A DNA stretch of 64,000 nt from Candidatus Moraniibacteriota bacterium (GTDB taxonomy: Bacteria > Patescibacteriota > Minisyncoccia > Moranbacterales > UBA1568): positions 3,407 through 67,406 of the forward strand of contig JAYTWI010000009.1 of assembly GCA_043743535.1 (NCBI GenBank), given 5' to 3'. Of the stretch, positions 30,251-40,296 are shown piece by piece (within the stretch, counting starts at the first letter, position 1; each line of letters begins with the position of its first letter). A program made the position numbers and the translations under genes. A model generated the notes under the pieces. It had not been told where the DNA came from. It worked only from the letters and a program-made list of their open reading frames with translations, and searched no databases.

Positions 30251-30336
30251 AATAACAGGTATCCACCTGATTTTACCAGCACTCGCTCGGAAACAAAAGT
30301 GCACTTTTGTTTCACTCGCTTCGTTTGGTAATAAAA
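30251..30336 (+). repeat. intergenic repeat family copy 1 (~86 bp, contains perfect 24-bp palindrome GAAACAAAAGTGCACTTTTGTTTC)
   Basis: AATAACAGGTATCCACCTGATTTTACCAGCACTCGCTCGGAAACAAAAGTGCACTTTTGTTTCACTCGCTTCGTTTGGTAATAAAA; near-identical to copy at 38251. Confidence 0.9.
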
Positions 30337-30339
30337 AAA

Positions 30340-30366
30340 AGACTCCTTTCCGAGGGGTCTTTTTTT
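30340..30366. terminator. bidirectional rho-independent terminator between convergent rplY and pth
   Basis: AAAAAAAA-AGACUCCU-UUCCG-AGGGGUCU-UUUUUU. Confidence 0.75.
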
Positions 30367-30397
30367 ATACTATGCTGTGCTAGGTTTGCGTGACGTA

Positions 30398-30943
30398 TCA
30401 ATGCTGTACCCATCGGAGAACTTCGTCCTTCATTTGCGGAAAGAGGGCCAAGAGATTTTCGATTTCTTCCTCGGAAAAGTTCTCTAGAACAAAGTCATGA
30501 GTGGGCATACACACGCCTGAAACTTCTACTGGCCGTCCGATTCCCAAGCGGATACGATAGAAGTCTTGGGTGCCGAGTTTTTCGATGATATCGGCTACCC
30601 CATTGTGACCAGCTGGGCGCGAAGAGAGGGTGGTACGGAAGGTCCCAGGGGTGATGTCGAGGTCATCATGAATGACCACGACATCAGCCGGGGTGAATTT
30701 GTAAAATTGCAGAAGCCGACTTACCGTCGATCCCGAATCATTCATAAAAGTGGTCGGTTTTATCAGCAAGATTTTTTCTCCTGCTATCGCCCCCTTGCTT
30801 ATAGCCGCCGCCATTTTTTCATTTGGCTTGAATGGTTCGAAGCCCCATAGCTGTTGTAAAAAATCCAACGCCAAAAAACCAGCATTGTGGCGACTTTCGG
30901 CATATTTTTTTCCGGGATTACCGAGGCCGATGATGAGTTTCAT
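30398..30943 (-). CDS. pth: peptidyl-tRNA hydrolase
   Basis: MKLIIGLGNPGKKYAESRHNAGF...FMNDSGSTV...HDDLD...GHNGV; the longer ORF-track version overlaps the next gene. Confidence 0.9.
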   Translation of the reverse strand: MKLIIGLGNPGKKYAESRHNAGFLALDFLQQLWGFEPFKPNEKMAAAISKGAIAGEKILLIKPTTFMNDSGSTVSRLLQFYKFTPADVVVIHDDLDITPGTFRTTLSSRPAGHNGVADIIEKLGTQDFYRIRLGIGRPVEVSGVCMPTHDFVLENFSEEEIENLLALFPQMKDEVLRWVQH

Positions 30944-30965
30944 AGGGGGTGTTATAGTGAGGCGC

Positions 30966-32549
30966 TTATTTTTTATGCTGCGGAGGTAAGGGTTCGGAGA
31001 AAGTGTTGTCATCTGGGGGAACGTTTCCTTCCAGTGTTTGGGCGCCCAGTGTCTCGGCCAAATCGTCACCGAGGACAATCACAAAGTCGGCGGTATCTTT
31101 TTTTGGTGACAGATAGGACAGGGTCGTCATTTTTTCCAAAGAAAACTTTTTCAATAGTTCGTCGAGGCTGTACGGTTTCGCAAGCGCTGTCCTATCGAGA
31201 ATGATACTCTTTCCTTGGCTTTTTTCCAAAGCGGGTGGTAAAAGTATAACACTCGTGAAGCCCATTTCCGTTTCGAGCAATTCTTTCATTTTGGTCGCTT
31301 GAGAAGAATATTCTGCGACGTATCGGAGCGAAACAGTCGGTTTTTCCTCCTCTATCTGTGCCCGCCGTTCTCGCAAGGCATCCAAATGGAAGATTTGTTT
31401 ACTACGTTCTTGCAACTCGCTCCAATTGCCTACCCGTGGGACGAGCACGAAGGCTGCGATGTCTCCGACTGCTACATGTGAGACACGGAGCAAGCTATCT
31501 TTTTTCCAGGCGTCGATGACTACCGCGGCAACATTTTCAGTATCAAGCATTTTGACTAGACCAAAGAGACTTTCGATGTCAGTGAGCGACATATCTGTTT
31601 TGATACTTTCGCCCAAGGTATCGATAAGTTTGTTTATGGTGAAGATGTTGAACACAGTGCCGAGAGAAAAGGCCTTGTCTTTGATTGCTTGAATCACTTG
31701 TTGCTGTCGTTTGGCGCGGCCGAAATCACCCTCTGGATCATTATGGCGCTCCCGCACGTATTTGAGGGTGGTTATCCCATCAAGTTTCTGATAGCCTTTG
31801 TGAATTTCGAAGGTTTCGTAGCTGTAATTTTTCCCTGGGTAACGGGGGTCGTAGAAATCACGAAGCACCTTGACGTCGATACCACCGAGCGTATCAACCA
31901 CTTTTTCGAAGCCATCAAAATCGAGAGTGAAAAAATAATGGATAGGCAGGCCTGTGATGTGTTCGACGGTTTGACGGAGCGTTCCAGCTCCTTCTCCTCG
32001 GTTCTGTCCATATTGGTAGAGAGCGTTCAGTTTAGTGAAATAGCCGCCGTCACCAATCGGGACATAGAGATCGCGTGGCAGCGACAGAAGGGCAATTTTT
32101 TTGGTGGCCGTGTCGATGCTCATGATCATTACCGTATCAGTGAGATCCCTCCCGGGATAGTGCTCTCCAGCGCGGCCGAGCAAGAGAATATTGATGCGCC
32201 CTTCGGCTTCGCCTTTGAGGAGGGTTCTTTTTTGTGCGAAGAAATTGCTGGTTAATTGACTGAGCTGCGAGAAAAAGGAAACATGCCCCTTATTTTCCAC
32301 ATGAATAGTTTGTTCGAAAAGCATACCTTTGGAGACGAAAAAACCAAGCAGTCCGAGAGCTAAGAGGACGCTAGCGAAGAAGAGAGTCAGGCCAAATAAG
32401 AACGGCCGCCCTTTTTTCTTTTGGACGGCGCGACTTTGGCTCGTCACTTCGTAGGGCAGCGGAAGAGAAGCCTTTATTGGGGATAAAGGGAATGCTACTG
32501 TTCGTGATCCGACCAAGCGGCGTTCTGGGATTTTTTGCATACTATCCAT
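30966..32549 (-). CDS. LytR-CpsA-Psr (LCP) family cell-envelope phosphotransferase with C-terminal LytR_C-like domain
   Basis: N-terminal TM, INILLLGRAGEHYPGRDLTDTVMIMSID...LLSLPRDLYV LCP core. Confidence 0.8.
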   Translation of the reverse strand: MDSMQKIPERRLVGSRTVAFPLSPIKASLPLPYEVTSQSRAVQKKKGRPFLFGLTLFFASVLLALGLLGFFVSKGMLFEQTIHVENKGHVSFFSQLSQLTSNFFAQKRTLLKGEAEGRINILLLGRAGEHYPGRDLTDTVMIMSIDTATKKIALLSLPRDLYVPIGDGGYFTKLNALYQYGQNRGEGAGTLRQTVEHITGLPIHYFFTLDFDGFEKVVDTLGGIDVKVLRDFYDPRYPGKNYSYETFEIHKGYQKLDGITTLKYVRERHNDPEGDFGRAKRQQQVIQAIKDKAFSLGTVFNIFTINKLIDTLGESIKTDMSLTDIESLFGLVKMLDTENVAAVVIDAWKKDSLLRVSHVAVGDIAAFVLVPRVGNWSELQERSKQIFHLDALRERRAQIEEEKPTVSLRYVAEYSSQATKMKELLETEMGFTSVILLPPALEKSQGKSIILDRTALAKPYSLDELLKKFSLEKMTTLSYLSPKKDTADFVIVLGDDLAETLGAQTLEGNVPPDDNTFSEPLPPQHKK

Positions 32550-32675
32550 AAGGCACGAGTGTTCTTTTTTGCCTCAACAATGGTGTTTTTTGACTCTTGC
32601 CAAAGGGAGGAAAATCTGTTAAAATGATACTGTTTGTTTACTTCTTTACTCGTTATTGACACTATCCTATAGAAT

Positions 32676-33305
32676 ATGGAAGAAAATAGAGATCAGAATC
32701 TAAAAGCAGAGCAGCAAGAAAATTATCTCAGCCTCGGCGGACTCTTTATGGAAATGGTTCGAGTCTTTCTCTTAGCCGTAGTCATCATTATACCCGTTCG
32801 AGTTTTTTTATTCCAGCCTTTCTTTGTGCAAGGATCGAGCATGGAACCAAATTTTGAGGACGGGGAATATTTGATTATCAGCGAATTTGGCTATAAGCAG
32901 ACTGATATTGGGCTTACGGATTTACACGTTACGGTCAATGCTTTCAAAGACATTGCGCGCCAAGATATCACTGTATTTCACTCTCCACAGAAGAATGAAC
33001 AGTTCTTCATCAAGCGCATCATCGGACTGCCCGGCGAAGCAGTAGAAATAAGGCAGGGGAAGGTGATCGTCTATAACAAAGAACATCCTGATGGTTTCAT
33101 TTTGGATGAGAGTGCCTATCTCGGCAAAGATGTCCTCACCCACGATACGCCACGCACAGAGGTGGCAGTGGATGAATATTTTGTGATGGGGGATAATCGG
33201 ATGTTTAGTTATGATTCGCGAGCTTTCGGTCCGATCAAGAAAAATAAAATCGTTGGCCGCGTACTGTTGCGCGCCTGGCCAACTGGACGCTTCCTGCTTT
33301 ATTAA
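32676..33305 (+). CDS. lepB: signal peptidase I
   Basis: FVQGSSMEPNF (Ser nucleophile box), RIIGLPGE, GDNRMFSYDSRAFGPI. Confidence 0.85.
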   Translation: MEENRDQNLKAEQQENYLSLGGLFMEMVRVFLLAVVIIIPVRVFLFQPFFVQGSSMEPNFEDGEYLIISEFGYKQTDIGLTDLHVTVNAFKDIARQDITVFHSPQKNEQFFIKRIIGLPGEAVEIRQGKVIVYNKEHPDGFILDESAYLGKDVLTHDTPRTEVAVDEYFVMGDNRMFSYDSRAFGPIKKNKIVGRVLLRAWPTGRFLLY

Positions 33306-33348
33306 TAAGTCATCCTTGTTAAGTGCTCTTAATTTTAAATTCACGGCT

Positions 33349-34767
33349 ATGCCTTTGAAGAAGTCTTTGGAAAAAAAATCAGATCAAGAGAGCAAGGCGT
33401 TCGCGGAAAAGAAACCATTGATGGTGAAAAAGGCAACGATCGCTGTCAAGAAATCGACACTCCCTCCCAAAGAGGAAGAAATGTTGCTTCAGACCCTGCG
33501 GGGTATGCGCGATATTCTGCCGGATGAGCAGCCGTACTGGGAACGCGTGCGTAAGGCTTTGACGCATGCTTCTTCGGAGTATGGTTTTCGGCGTATTGAT
33601 CTACCAACCGTGGAATATGCTCATTTATATTTGCGTACTATCGGTGCGGGGACAGATATTCTGGATAAGGAAATATATCTCTTCAACACGCGTGGCGGCG
33701 ACAGAGTGGCCCTTCGACCGGAGATGACAGCTGGGTTGTGTCGTGCTTACATCGAACACGGGATGGGCGTTTTGCCCAAGCCGATCAAACTGTTCACCAT
33801 GGGACCGATTTTCCGCTATGATCGTCCGCAGGAGGGACGTTACCGAGAACACTGGCAGGCGAATTTTGATATGTTTGGCGAGAATGACCCGATTCTTGAT
33901 GCCCAAACTATTCAACTGGCCTATCGCGTGGTGCAGCAGCTGGGTCTGAAGAATATCGAGTTTCAGGTCAACAGCATCGGTACGCCAGAATCGCGCCGGG
34001 ATTATGAGAAGGCCTTGGTGAGATATCTCGAAGCGCAAAAGTCCAAACTTTGTCAGAACTGTAAAGAGCGTCTGCTTGTTAGTCCGATGCGCGTCCTTGA
34101 TTGTAAAGAAGACAAATGTATCCAGCTGACGGCCCATGCACCGCAATCTCTCGACTATCTCGATCAGGAATCACGCGATCATTTCAAACACTTGCTCGAA
34201 TATCTTGATGAACTGGAACTGCCCTACTCGATCAATACACGGCTGGTGCGCGGCTTGGATTACTATACGAATACCGTTTTTGAGATCCGTTCTACTGACA
34301 AAACTGGCAAGAATTATTCCTTGGGCGGCGGCGGGCGCTACAATCGACTGATCGAAACCTTAGGGGGCGAGGCCACTCCTGCTATCGGTTTCGGCCTTGG
34401 TCTTGATCGCATTGTGCTCGAGATGAAGCGCACGCAAGTCAAACCATACCAAGAGCCCAAGCCGCGTGTTTTCCTGGCTCAGCTCGGTGATATGGCCAAG
34501 AAAAAGAGCCTACGTTTATTTTCAGCCTTGGAAAAAAATGGTATTCTCATTGCAGAAAGCTTCGGACGCGGCAGTTTGAAGTCACAGCTACGGGTCGCCA
34601 ATCGTTTAGGAGTAGAAGTGACGATTATCGTCGGCCAGAAGGAGGCACTCGATGAGACCGCCATCGTTAAGGATATGGTATCCGGGACACAAGAGACTGT
34701 TACCCAGGAAAGATTGGTGGATGCAGTGAAAAAGATTTTGAAGACCAATGTGGCGCTCAGTGTGTAA
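33349..34767 (+). CDS. hisS: histidine--tRNA ligase with Lys-rich N-terminal extension
   Basis: RGMRDILPDEQPYWE, FRYDRPQEGRYREHWQANFDMFG (class II motif 2), GGGRYNRL motif 3 region; C-terminal anticodon-binding domain. Confidence 0.9.
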   Translation: MPLKKSLEKKSDQESKAFAEKKPLMVKKATIAVKKSTLPPKEEEMLLQTLRGMRDILPDEQPYWERVRKALTHASSEYGFRRIDLPTVEYAHLYLRTIGAGTDILDKEIYLFNTRGGDRVALRPEMTAGLCRAYIEHGMGVLPKPIKLFTMGPIFRYDRPQEGRYREHWQANFDMFGENDPILDAQTIQLAYRVVQQLGLKNIEFQVNSIGTPESRRDYEKALVRYLEAQKSKLCQNCKERLLVSPMRVLDCKEDKCIQLTAHAPQSLDYLDQESRDHFKHLLEYLDELELPYSINTRLVRGLDYYTNTVFEIRSTDKTGKNYSLGGGGRYNRLIETLGGEATPAIGFGLGLDRIVLEMKRTQVKPYQEPKPRVFLAQLGDMAKKKSLRLFSALEKNGILIAESFGRGSLKSQLRVANRLGVEVTIIVGQKEALDETAIVKDMVSGTQETVTQERLVDAVKKILKTNVALSV

Positions 34768-34781
34768 ATGAACCTGACTCT

Positions 34782-35132
34782 ATGACTGACAACGTCTTTC
34801 TGAAAATCATTCGCAAGGAAGTCCCCAAGGAATTCTTGTACGAAGACGAAGACATTTTGGCTTTTCCTGATATCTATCCCATCGCCCCGGTACATATTCT
34901 CATTATTCCAAAGAAGCCGATTGAGAGTATCGCCACGATGGAAGACGCTGACGTGGCCATTGTGGGAAAAATGTTCCTCGTAGCGCGTGATCTGGCCCGT
35001 GACTTGAATATTTCTTCGAAAGGGTATAAACTGTTAATCCGGGTCGGGAAGGATGGAGGACAGGAAGTACCCCATCTACACCTGCACCTATTGGGAGGCG
35101 CTCGGTTGAGCGAAAATATTCACCCATTGTAA
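34782..35132 (+). CDS. HIT-family (histidine triad) nucleotide hydrolase
   Basis: HILIIPKKPI..., histidine triad HLHLHLLGG. Confidence 0.8.
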   Translation: MTDNVFLKIIRKEVPKEFLYEDEDILAFPDIYPIAPVHILIIPKKPIESIATMEDADVAIVGKMFLVARDLARDLNISSKGYKLLIRVGKDGGQEVPHLHLHLLGGARLSENIHPL

Positions 35133-35228
35133 ATCGTAAATCTGAGCCTTTGGCCGGAATACGAGTAATGGGTATCTACTCTATGCTTATTGACCGTTAA
35201 TAGTAACCTGAGGAAAGGAGGGGTTTGT

Positions 35229-35477
35229 ATGATTCAAGTAAAAAGAAAAGAACGCGAAACAGCGGAAAGTCTTATCCGTCGTTTTTCGCGTCGTGTTCAG
35301 CAAAGCGGTGTTCTGAAACAAGTACGCAAGCAGCGTTTTCGAGTTGAGGAAAAAAGCCGCGACAAGCGCCGTTCCGAAGCGCTCTACAAAGTCAAGATTC
35401 GTAAAGAAATTACCCGATTGAAGAAACTTGGCAAGTTCGATGATGAAGCACTCCGCGATATCAAGAAAAGAATTTAG
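35229..35477 (+). CDS. rpsU: 30S ribosomal protein S21
   Basis: MIQVKRKERETAESLIRRFSRRVQQSGVLKQVRKQRFRVEEKSRDKRR; GGAGGGG RBS upstream of ATG 35229. Confidence 0.8.
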   Translation: MIQVKRKERETAESLIRRFSRRVQQSGVLKQVRKQRFRVEEKSRDKRRSEALYKVKIRKEITRLKKLGKFDDEALRDIKKRI

Positions 35478-35495
35478 TATCTTTAAGTGTGAGTT

Positions 35496-35948
35496 ATGGC
35501 ACTGTACCAGGTCATCGGTGAAGATCTCAAGCAGGCGATGAAATCAGGCGATACTTTCCGTCGTGATACACTTCGCCTGCTTCAGAGTGCCATAAAAAAT
35601 GTGGCTATCGAGAAACGTCAAGCGACTGAGACGCTCAGTCAGGAAGAGATAGAGAGTGTGCTACGTCGGCTCACGAAACAACGGAAGGATAGCATCGAGC
35701 AGTACCAGGCTGGCGCGCGTTTAGATTTGGCAGAAAAAGAACAAACCGAACTCGATTTGCTTGCTACCTATTTGCCGCAAGCGATGGGGGAGGAAGAGCT
35801 TGCAGTCTTGGTTAAGGAAACACTGGCGGCCGGTGGCTTCACACTAAAGTCGCAGATGGGTCAGGCCATGGGGGCTGTTATGAAAAAAGTGGGGGTGCAA
35901 GCTTCTGGGGATGACGTGCGCAAACAAGTGGCTGCGTTTTTGGTATAA
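35496..35948 (+). CDS. GatB/YqeY-domain protein
   Basis: LKQAMKSGDTFRRDTLRLLQSAIKN...EEIESVLRRLTKQRKDSIEQY; commonly follows rpsU. Confidence 0.8.
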   Translation: MALYQVIGEDLKQAMKSGDTFRRDTLRLLQSAIKNVAIEKRQATETLSQEEIESVLRRLTKQRKDSIEQYQAGARLDLAEKEQTELDLLATYLPQAMGEEELAVLVKETLAAGGFTLKSQMGQAMGAVMKKVGVQASGDDVRKQVAAFLV

Positions 35949-35951
35949 TAT

Positions 35952-36416
35952 ATGAAGGTGGTACTCTCCTATACAGAAGAGGTTAAGACTCCTTGGAAAG
36001 AAGCCTTCTTGTTTGCCATCGCACAGGAAACTCTTTCCTTGTTCGCTTCGCCACAATGGCAAGAGAAGACGATCAGCTTGAATGCCGTGGCTGTTTCGCC
36101 AGAGAAAATTTCCGAACTTAATCTGACATACCGAGGGAAAGATGCGGTGACGGATATCCTTTCTTTTGGAGAGTATGTTGAAGGTGAGATGTTGCTAAAG
36201 GAGAGGTCAGTAGAGATTTTTTTAGGAGAACTTTTTTTCTGTCAGGAGTTTATCACTGAGGCAGCAGAAACAGATCACGTCAGCATCGAACGTGAGATGG
36301 CATATATCTTTTCTCATGGCATCCTACACCTATTGGGGTATGATCACAGTGAAAAGATGTTTGCTCTCCAGGACGCAGTTACTGACCGGCTGGCTCCTGT
36401 CTTGAAAGAAAAATGA
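35952..36416 (+). CDS. ybeY: endoribonuclease YbeY (rRNA maturation)
   Basis: DILSFGEY...HGILHLLGYDHSEKMF zinc-binding H3xH5xH motif. Confidence 0.85.
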   Translation: MKVVLSYTEEVKTPWKEAFLFAIAQETLSLFASPQWQEKTISLNAVAVSPEKISELNLTYRGKDAVTDILSFGEYVEGEMLLKERSVEIFLGELFFCQEFITEAAETDHVSIEREMAYIFSHGILHLLGYDHSEKMFALQDAVTDRLAPVLKEK

Positions 36417-36472
36417 GGATGAACGTTTTTCTCTATCTCGGGATTTTTTGTTAATCAAAACACATACCAACT

Positions 36473-36823
36473 ATGAGGCACCCTGGTAAGAGCATTGTTC
36501 ATGCGATGAATGGCATCGTCTATACTTTGAAAAGTGAGCGCAATTTTCAGATAGAGTGTACGGTGGCCGGTACAGTCGTGCTTCTTATGATGTGGTTGCC
36601 ACTCTCACGAGTAGAGATCTCTCTGCTTATTTTTGCGATTGCGCTTGTTTTTGGTCTCGAACTGACTAATACCGCGCTTGAACGAGTGATGGATATATTG
36701 AAACCACGAGTCCATCCCTACGCGCGGGTCGTCAAAGATGTGATGGCGGGAGCTGTTTTGACGGGCTCTCTCGGTGCTTTGTTCATTGGTATACTCATTT
36801 TTTGGCCTTATTTCTCCAAATAA
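36473..36823 (+). CDS. diacylglycerol/undecaprenol kinase family (DgkA-like) membrane protein
   Basis: three TM helices, LELTNTALERVMD motif typical of prokaryotic DAGK family. Confidence 0.7.
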   Translation: MRHPGKSIVHAMNGIVYTLKSERNFQIECTVAGTVVLLMMWLPLSRVEISLLIFAIALVFGLELTNTALERVMDILKPRVHPYARVVKDVMAGAVLTGSLGALFIGILIFWPYFSK

Positions 36824-36962
36824 GTTTGATTCTGTGTTGCAATGGAAAAATTCCCCCTTGATTTTTTTGCAGAAGAACACCCTTCAGGGTATAATGTGAA
36901 CTATGGAGCTCTTTATCGTAAAGAGAGCTCAGGTTTCTTTTTTGGTTGGTGAATTTTTTCGT

Positions 36963-38222
36963 ATGCCGAAGGGACACTATCATATAGGATTGGATATCGG
37001 TTCTGCCAATATTCGGGTCGTCATTGCGCAAGAACTTCCAGAAGAAGAACTCTTGCGTATTGTTGGTGTCAGCGTCGTACCCTCTGAAGGTATTCGTCGC
37101 GGCTCGGTGGTCAATATCGATGCGGTAGCGAAGGCTTCGAATTTGGCACTGGAGCAAGCGGAACGGATGGCTGGGCATCCAGCTGAATCAGTGGTAGTGA
37201 GTATTCCTGGGACGGAGATAGATTGTCATAACGCTCTGGGCGTGATTGCCGTTGGCCGGGCTGACGGGGAAGTGGCTTTCGATGATATGGCGCGGGTGCT
37301 AGAAGAAGTGCAGGCGCGCTTTACGTTGCCACTTAATCGGGAAATTATTCACGTCATTCCCAAGGACTATCGATTGGATGATCAGAAAAATATTAAAGAT
37401 CCTTTGGGGATGCATGGAGTAAGGCTCGAGATGAATGCGCTCATCGTCAGCGATAGTAGTTCTCATTTGAAAAATATTAGTCGCAGTTTGGAACAGGCCG
37501 GGACGAATGCCGACAGTTTTGTGGTCGAGCCTTTGGCTTCAGCCGAAGCAGTGCTCCATCAGAAACAAAAAGAGCTGGGCACGGTCCTCATCAATATCGG
37601 AGGCAGCACGACTTCGCTTGCAGTTTTTGAGGATGGTGATTTGCTCCATCTTGGAGTCTTGCCTGTCGGAGGGATGCACATTACGAACGATATAGCGATC
37701 GGGTTGCGCACGTCAATTGAAGTCGCGGAAGCAGTGAAGCTACAGTATGGCACAGCCCTTCCTGAGGAAGTGAACAAGAAGGACGACATTGATTTGAGTC
37801 TCTTTGATTCGCAGGAAGAAGGTCTGGTCTCACGTAGGCATATAGCGGAAATTATCGAAGCGCGCTTAGAAGAAATATTTTCTTTTGTTAATAATGAATT
37901 GAAACAGATTGGACGCGAAGGGTTGCTTCCTGGTGGGGCGATTTTGACCGGTGGCGGAGCGCTTCTGCCCGGGGCGGTGGAGTTGGCCAAGAATATTCTT
38001 CGCTTGCCAGCACAAATTGGCTATCCGAAACCACTCGGCGGTATACTTGATCAAGTAGATAATCCCGAGTTTGCTACGGTCATCGGCCTCGTCCTTTTGT
38101 CACAGGCTACCGGCACGGAGAAGAAAACATTTATGGTCAGAAAATTTTGGAATGTCATGCCAGAAAGTGTTCAGGGGATGATGAAAAAAATGAAGCATTG
38201 GTCAGAGCGTTTTCTGCCGTGA
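36963..38222 (+). CDS. ftsA: cell division protein FtsA
   Basis: HIGLDIGSANIRVVIAQ actin-like phosphate 1, INIGGSTTSLAVFEDGDL, GGMHITNDIAIGL, LTGGGALLPG. Confidence 0.85.
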   Translation: MPKGHYHIGLDIGSANIRVVIAQELPEEELLRIVGVSVVPSEGIRRGSVVNIDAVAKASNLALEQAERMAGHPAESVVVSIPGTEIDCHNALGVIAVGRADGEVAFDDMARVLEEVQARFTLPLNREIIHVIPKDYRLDDQKNIKDPLGMHGVRLEMNALIVSDSSSHLKNISRSLEQAGTNADSFVVEPLASAEAVLHQKQKELGTVLINIGGSTTSLAVFEDGDLLHLGVLPVGGMHITNDIAIGLRTSIEVAEAVKLQYGTALPEEVNKKDDIDLSLFDSQEEGLVSRRHIAEIIEARLEEIFSFVNNELKQIGREGLLPGGAILTGGGALLPGAVELAKNILRLPAQIGYPKPLGGILDQVDNPEFATVIGLVLLSQATGTEKKTFMVRKFWNVMPESVQGMMKKMKHWSERFLP

Positions 38223-38250
38223 GCGATACTGGAAAGGATCAAAAAACCAA

Positions 38251-38339
38251 AATAACAGGTATGCACCTGATTTTACCAGCACTCGCTCGGAAACAGAAAA
38301 TGCACTTTTGTTTCACTCGCTTCGTTTGGTAATAAAAAA
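38251..38339 (+). repeat. intergenic repeat family copy 2
   Basis: AATAACAGGTATGCACCTGATTTTACCAGCACTCGCTCGGAAACAGAAAATGCACTTTTGTTTCACTCGCTTCGTTTGGTAATAAAAAAG. Confidence 0.9.
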
Positions 38340-38519
38340 GCAATTTTAGGGCTCAAAGAGCGAGTTTCCCATTTTTTTGTGTTTCTTGACACGCGATAAT
38401 TTCCTGTGATAGAGTGAATTTTCAAGTGTCGAGCGCGCTTGTACAGGCAGTGGAAAGAGCAGTATACTATCCTCATTGAACAATCGTCTATTTTATTCAT
38501 CAACAGGCAGTAAAGACCT

Positions 38520-39758
38520 ATGGCTGAGATCAAACCCGATATTGAAACCTTTGCCAAAATCAAAGTGGTAGGGGTGGGCGGCTCCGGCAATAACGCTATC
38601 TCCCGCATGATTGACGCCAAAATCAAGGGGGTGGAATTTGTGGCGATTAATACGGATGCTCAGGCTTTGCACCATTCCAAGGCTCAGGAGAAGGTCCATA
38701 TTGGTAAGAACCTGACCAAAGGTTTGGGCGCGGGAATGAATCCTGAAATCGGCCGTCAAGCGGCAGAAGAGAATCGTGATGAAATTCAAGAAGTACTGAA
38801 AGGTGCTGACATGGTGTTCGTGGCCTGTGGGCTCGGTGGTGGGACTGGTTCTGGGGCAGCACCGATTGTAGCAGAGACTGCCAAGGAATTGGGGGCGCTG
38901 ACCGTCGGTGTGGTGACCAAGCCGTTTGCCTTTGAGGGTTCACAGCGTCGCGCCATTGCCGAAGAGGCTTTGGAAAATTTGAAAGATCGTGTCGACACCC
39001 TCATTACTATCCCCAACGACAAACTCCTTTCGATTATTGATCGCAAAACTACCTTGGTCAACGCTTTCCGTATTGTCGATGATGTCCTACGCCAGGGGGT
39101 ACAAGGAATTTCTGATTTGATCACCAAGCCAGGTATCGTCAACGTCGACTTTGCTGACGTGCGGGCTATTATGGAAGATAGTGGGAGCGCTCTTATGGGC
39201 ATCGGCATCGCTTCGGGCGAGAATCGGGCCGCGGAAGCGGCCAAGGCAGCGATTAATAGCCCTCTTCTGGAACTGTCGATTGATGGTGCTAAGGGCGTGT
39301 TGTTTAATATTTCCGGTTCGAGCGATTTGGCGATGCTGGAAATCAACGAAGCAGCCAACATCATTACTGAAAATATCGATCCCAATGCCAAAGTTATTTT
39401 CGGGGCGGTGGCCGATGATCAGATCCGCAAAGGCGAAATTCAGATTACTGTGGTGGCAACCGGTTTTGATATTCCACGTTCCAAAGATGCCGCGGTCGGC
39501 TTGGTCAACCGGGTACCGAGCGCAGCCATAGGTCGGCGTCCGGTGCAGAGTATGGTAGAGCAAAGAGAGGTAGAGAGTGATGAAGATGTGCTGGATGAAG
39601 TGATTAGTTTTCCTTCCCGCAAGATTGAGCAGCCGGTGATGATCATCGATGAGAAAATCCAGCCGCGCGCTTTTGGTGGTCGTACCGAATCGAAAGAACT
39701 GGTAGAAGAAGAGGATTTGGAGATCCCAGCCTTCATTCGCCGTAAGATGAAGAAATAA
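38520..39758 (+). CDS. ftsZ: cell division GTPase FtsZ
   Basis: [30 protein letters not shown] tubulin signature. Confidence 0.95.
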   Translation: MAEIKPDIETFAKIKVVGVGGSGNNAISRMIDAKIKGVEFVAINTDAQALHHSKAQEKVHIGKNLTKGLGAGMNPEIGRQAAEENRDEIQEVLKGADMVFVACGLGGGTGSGAAPIVAETAKELGALTVGVVTKPFAFEGSQRRAIAEEALENLKDRVDTLITIPNDKLLSIIDRKTTLVNAFRIVDDVLRQGVQGISDLITKPGIVNVDFADVRAIMEDSGSALMGIGIASGENRAAEAAKAAINSPLLELSIDGAKGVLFNISGSSDLAMLEINEAANIITENIDPNAKVIFGAVADDQIRKGEIQITVVATGFDIPRSKDAAVGLVNRVPSAAIGRRPVQSMVEQREVESDEDVLDEVISFPSRKIEQPVMIIDEKIQPRAFGGRTESKELVEEEDLEIPAFIRRKMKK

Positions 39759-39848
39759 TAGCAATCTCAAGCACCTCCTTCTCCGGGAGGTGTTTTGCTT
39801 TTGGGGAAGGAAAAAGAGTATACTGGATGCGTACTTCATAACTTCACT

Positions 39849-40295
39849 ATGCGTTGTCCATTTTGTAATCACGAAGAGACCAAGGTAGTGGATTCCCGCG
39901 AGACTCAGGAAGGGCGGGCGATTCGTCGTCGCCGGCAGTGCGAAGACTGCCAGGCTCGTTTCAGCACTTATGAGGAGGTGGAAATTTTTCGACTTTTGGT
40001 AGTGAAGAAGGATGGCCACAAAGAAGAGTATGACAAGACTAAGATCGAAAAGGGTTTACGCCGGGCTTTCGAAAAACGGCCGCAGGCAGAAGAACGTATC
40101 GAGCGCATCTTAGGCGAGATCGAGTACACACTCCACGAGCGACAGGTGAGCGAGATCTCCAGCCGTGAAATCGGCAGTCTCATTATGGAGAAACTGAAAG
40201 CTGTGGATGAGGTTGCTTATATCCGTTTTGCTTCGGTCTATAAATCTTTCGGCAGCGCCAAAAGTTTCCGTAAAGCTTTGGAGACCCTCGATTAA
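39849..40295 (+). CDS. nrdR: transcriptional repressor NrdR
   Basis: MRCPFCNHEETKVVDSRETQEGRAIRRRRQCEDCQARFSTYE zinc ribbon plus ATP-cone. Confidence 0.85.
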   Translation: MRCPFCNHEETKVVDSRETQEGRAIRRRRQCEDCQARFSTYEEVEIFRLLVVKKDGHKEEYDKTKIEKGLRRAFEKRPQAEERIERILGEIEYTLHERQVSEISSREIGSLIMEKLKAVDEVAYIRFASVYKSFGSAKSFRKALETLD

Positions 40296-40296
40296 A

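Noticed and set aside
30143-30331. Small ORFs ending ...FCFTRFVW (30143..30331 and 38147..38332)
   Set aside because: They are created by the intergenic repeat being open in one frame. The same peptide appears wherever the repeat occurs. They are not independent genes.
39087-40019. 310-aa minus-strand ORF
   Set aside because: It is antisense to ftsZ and nrdR, both clearly real. It is spurious.
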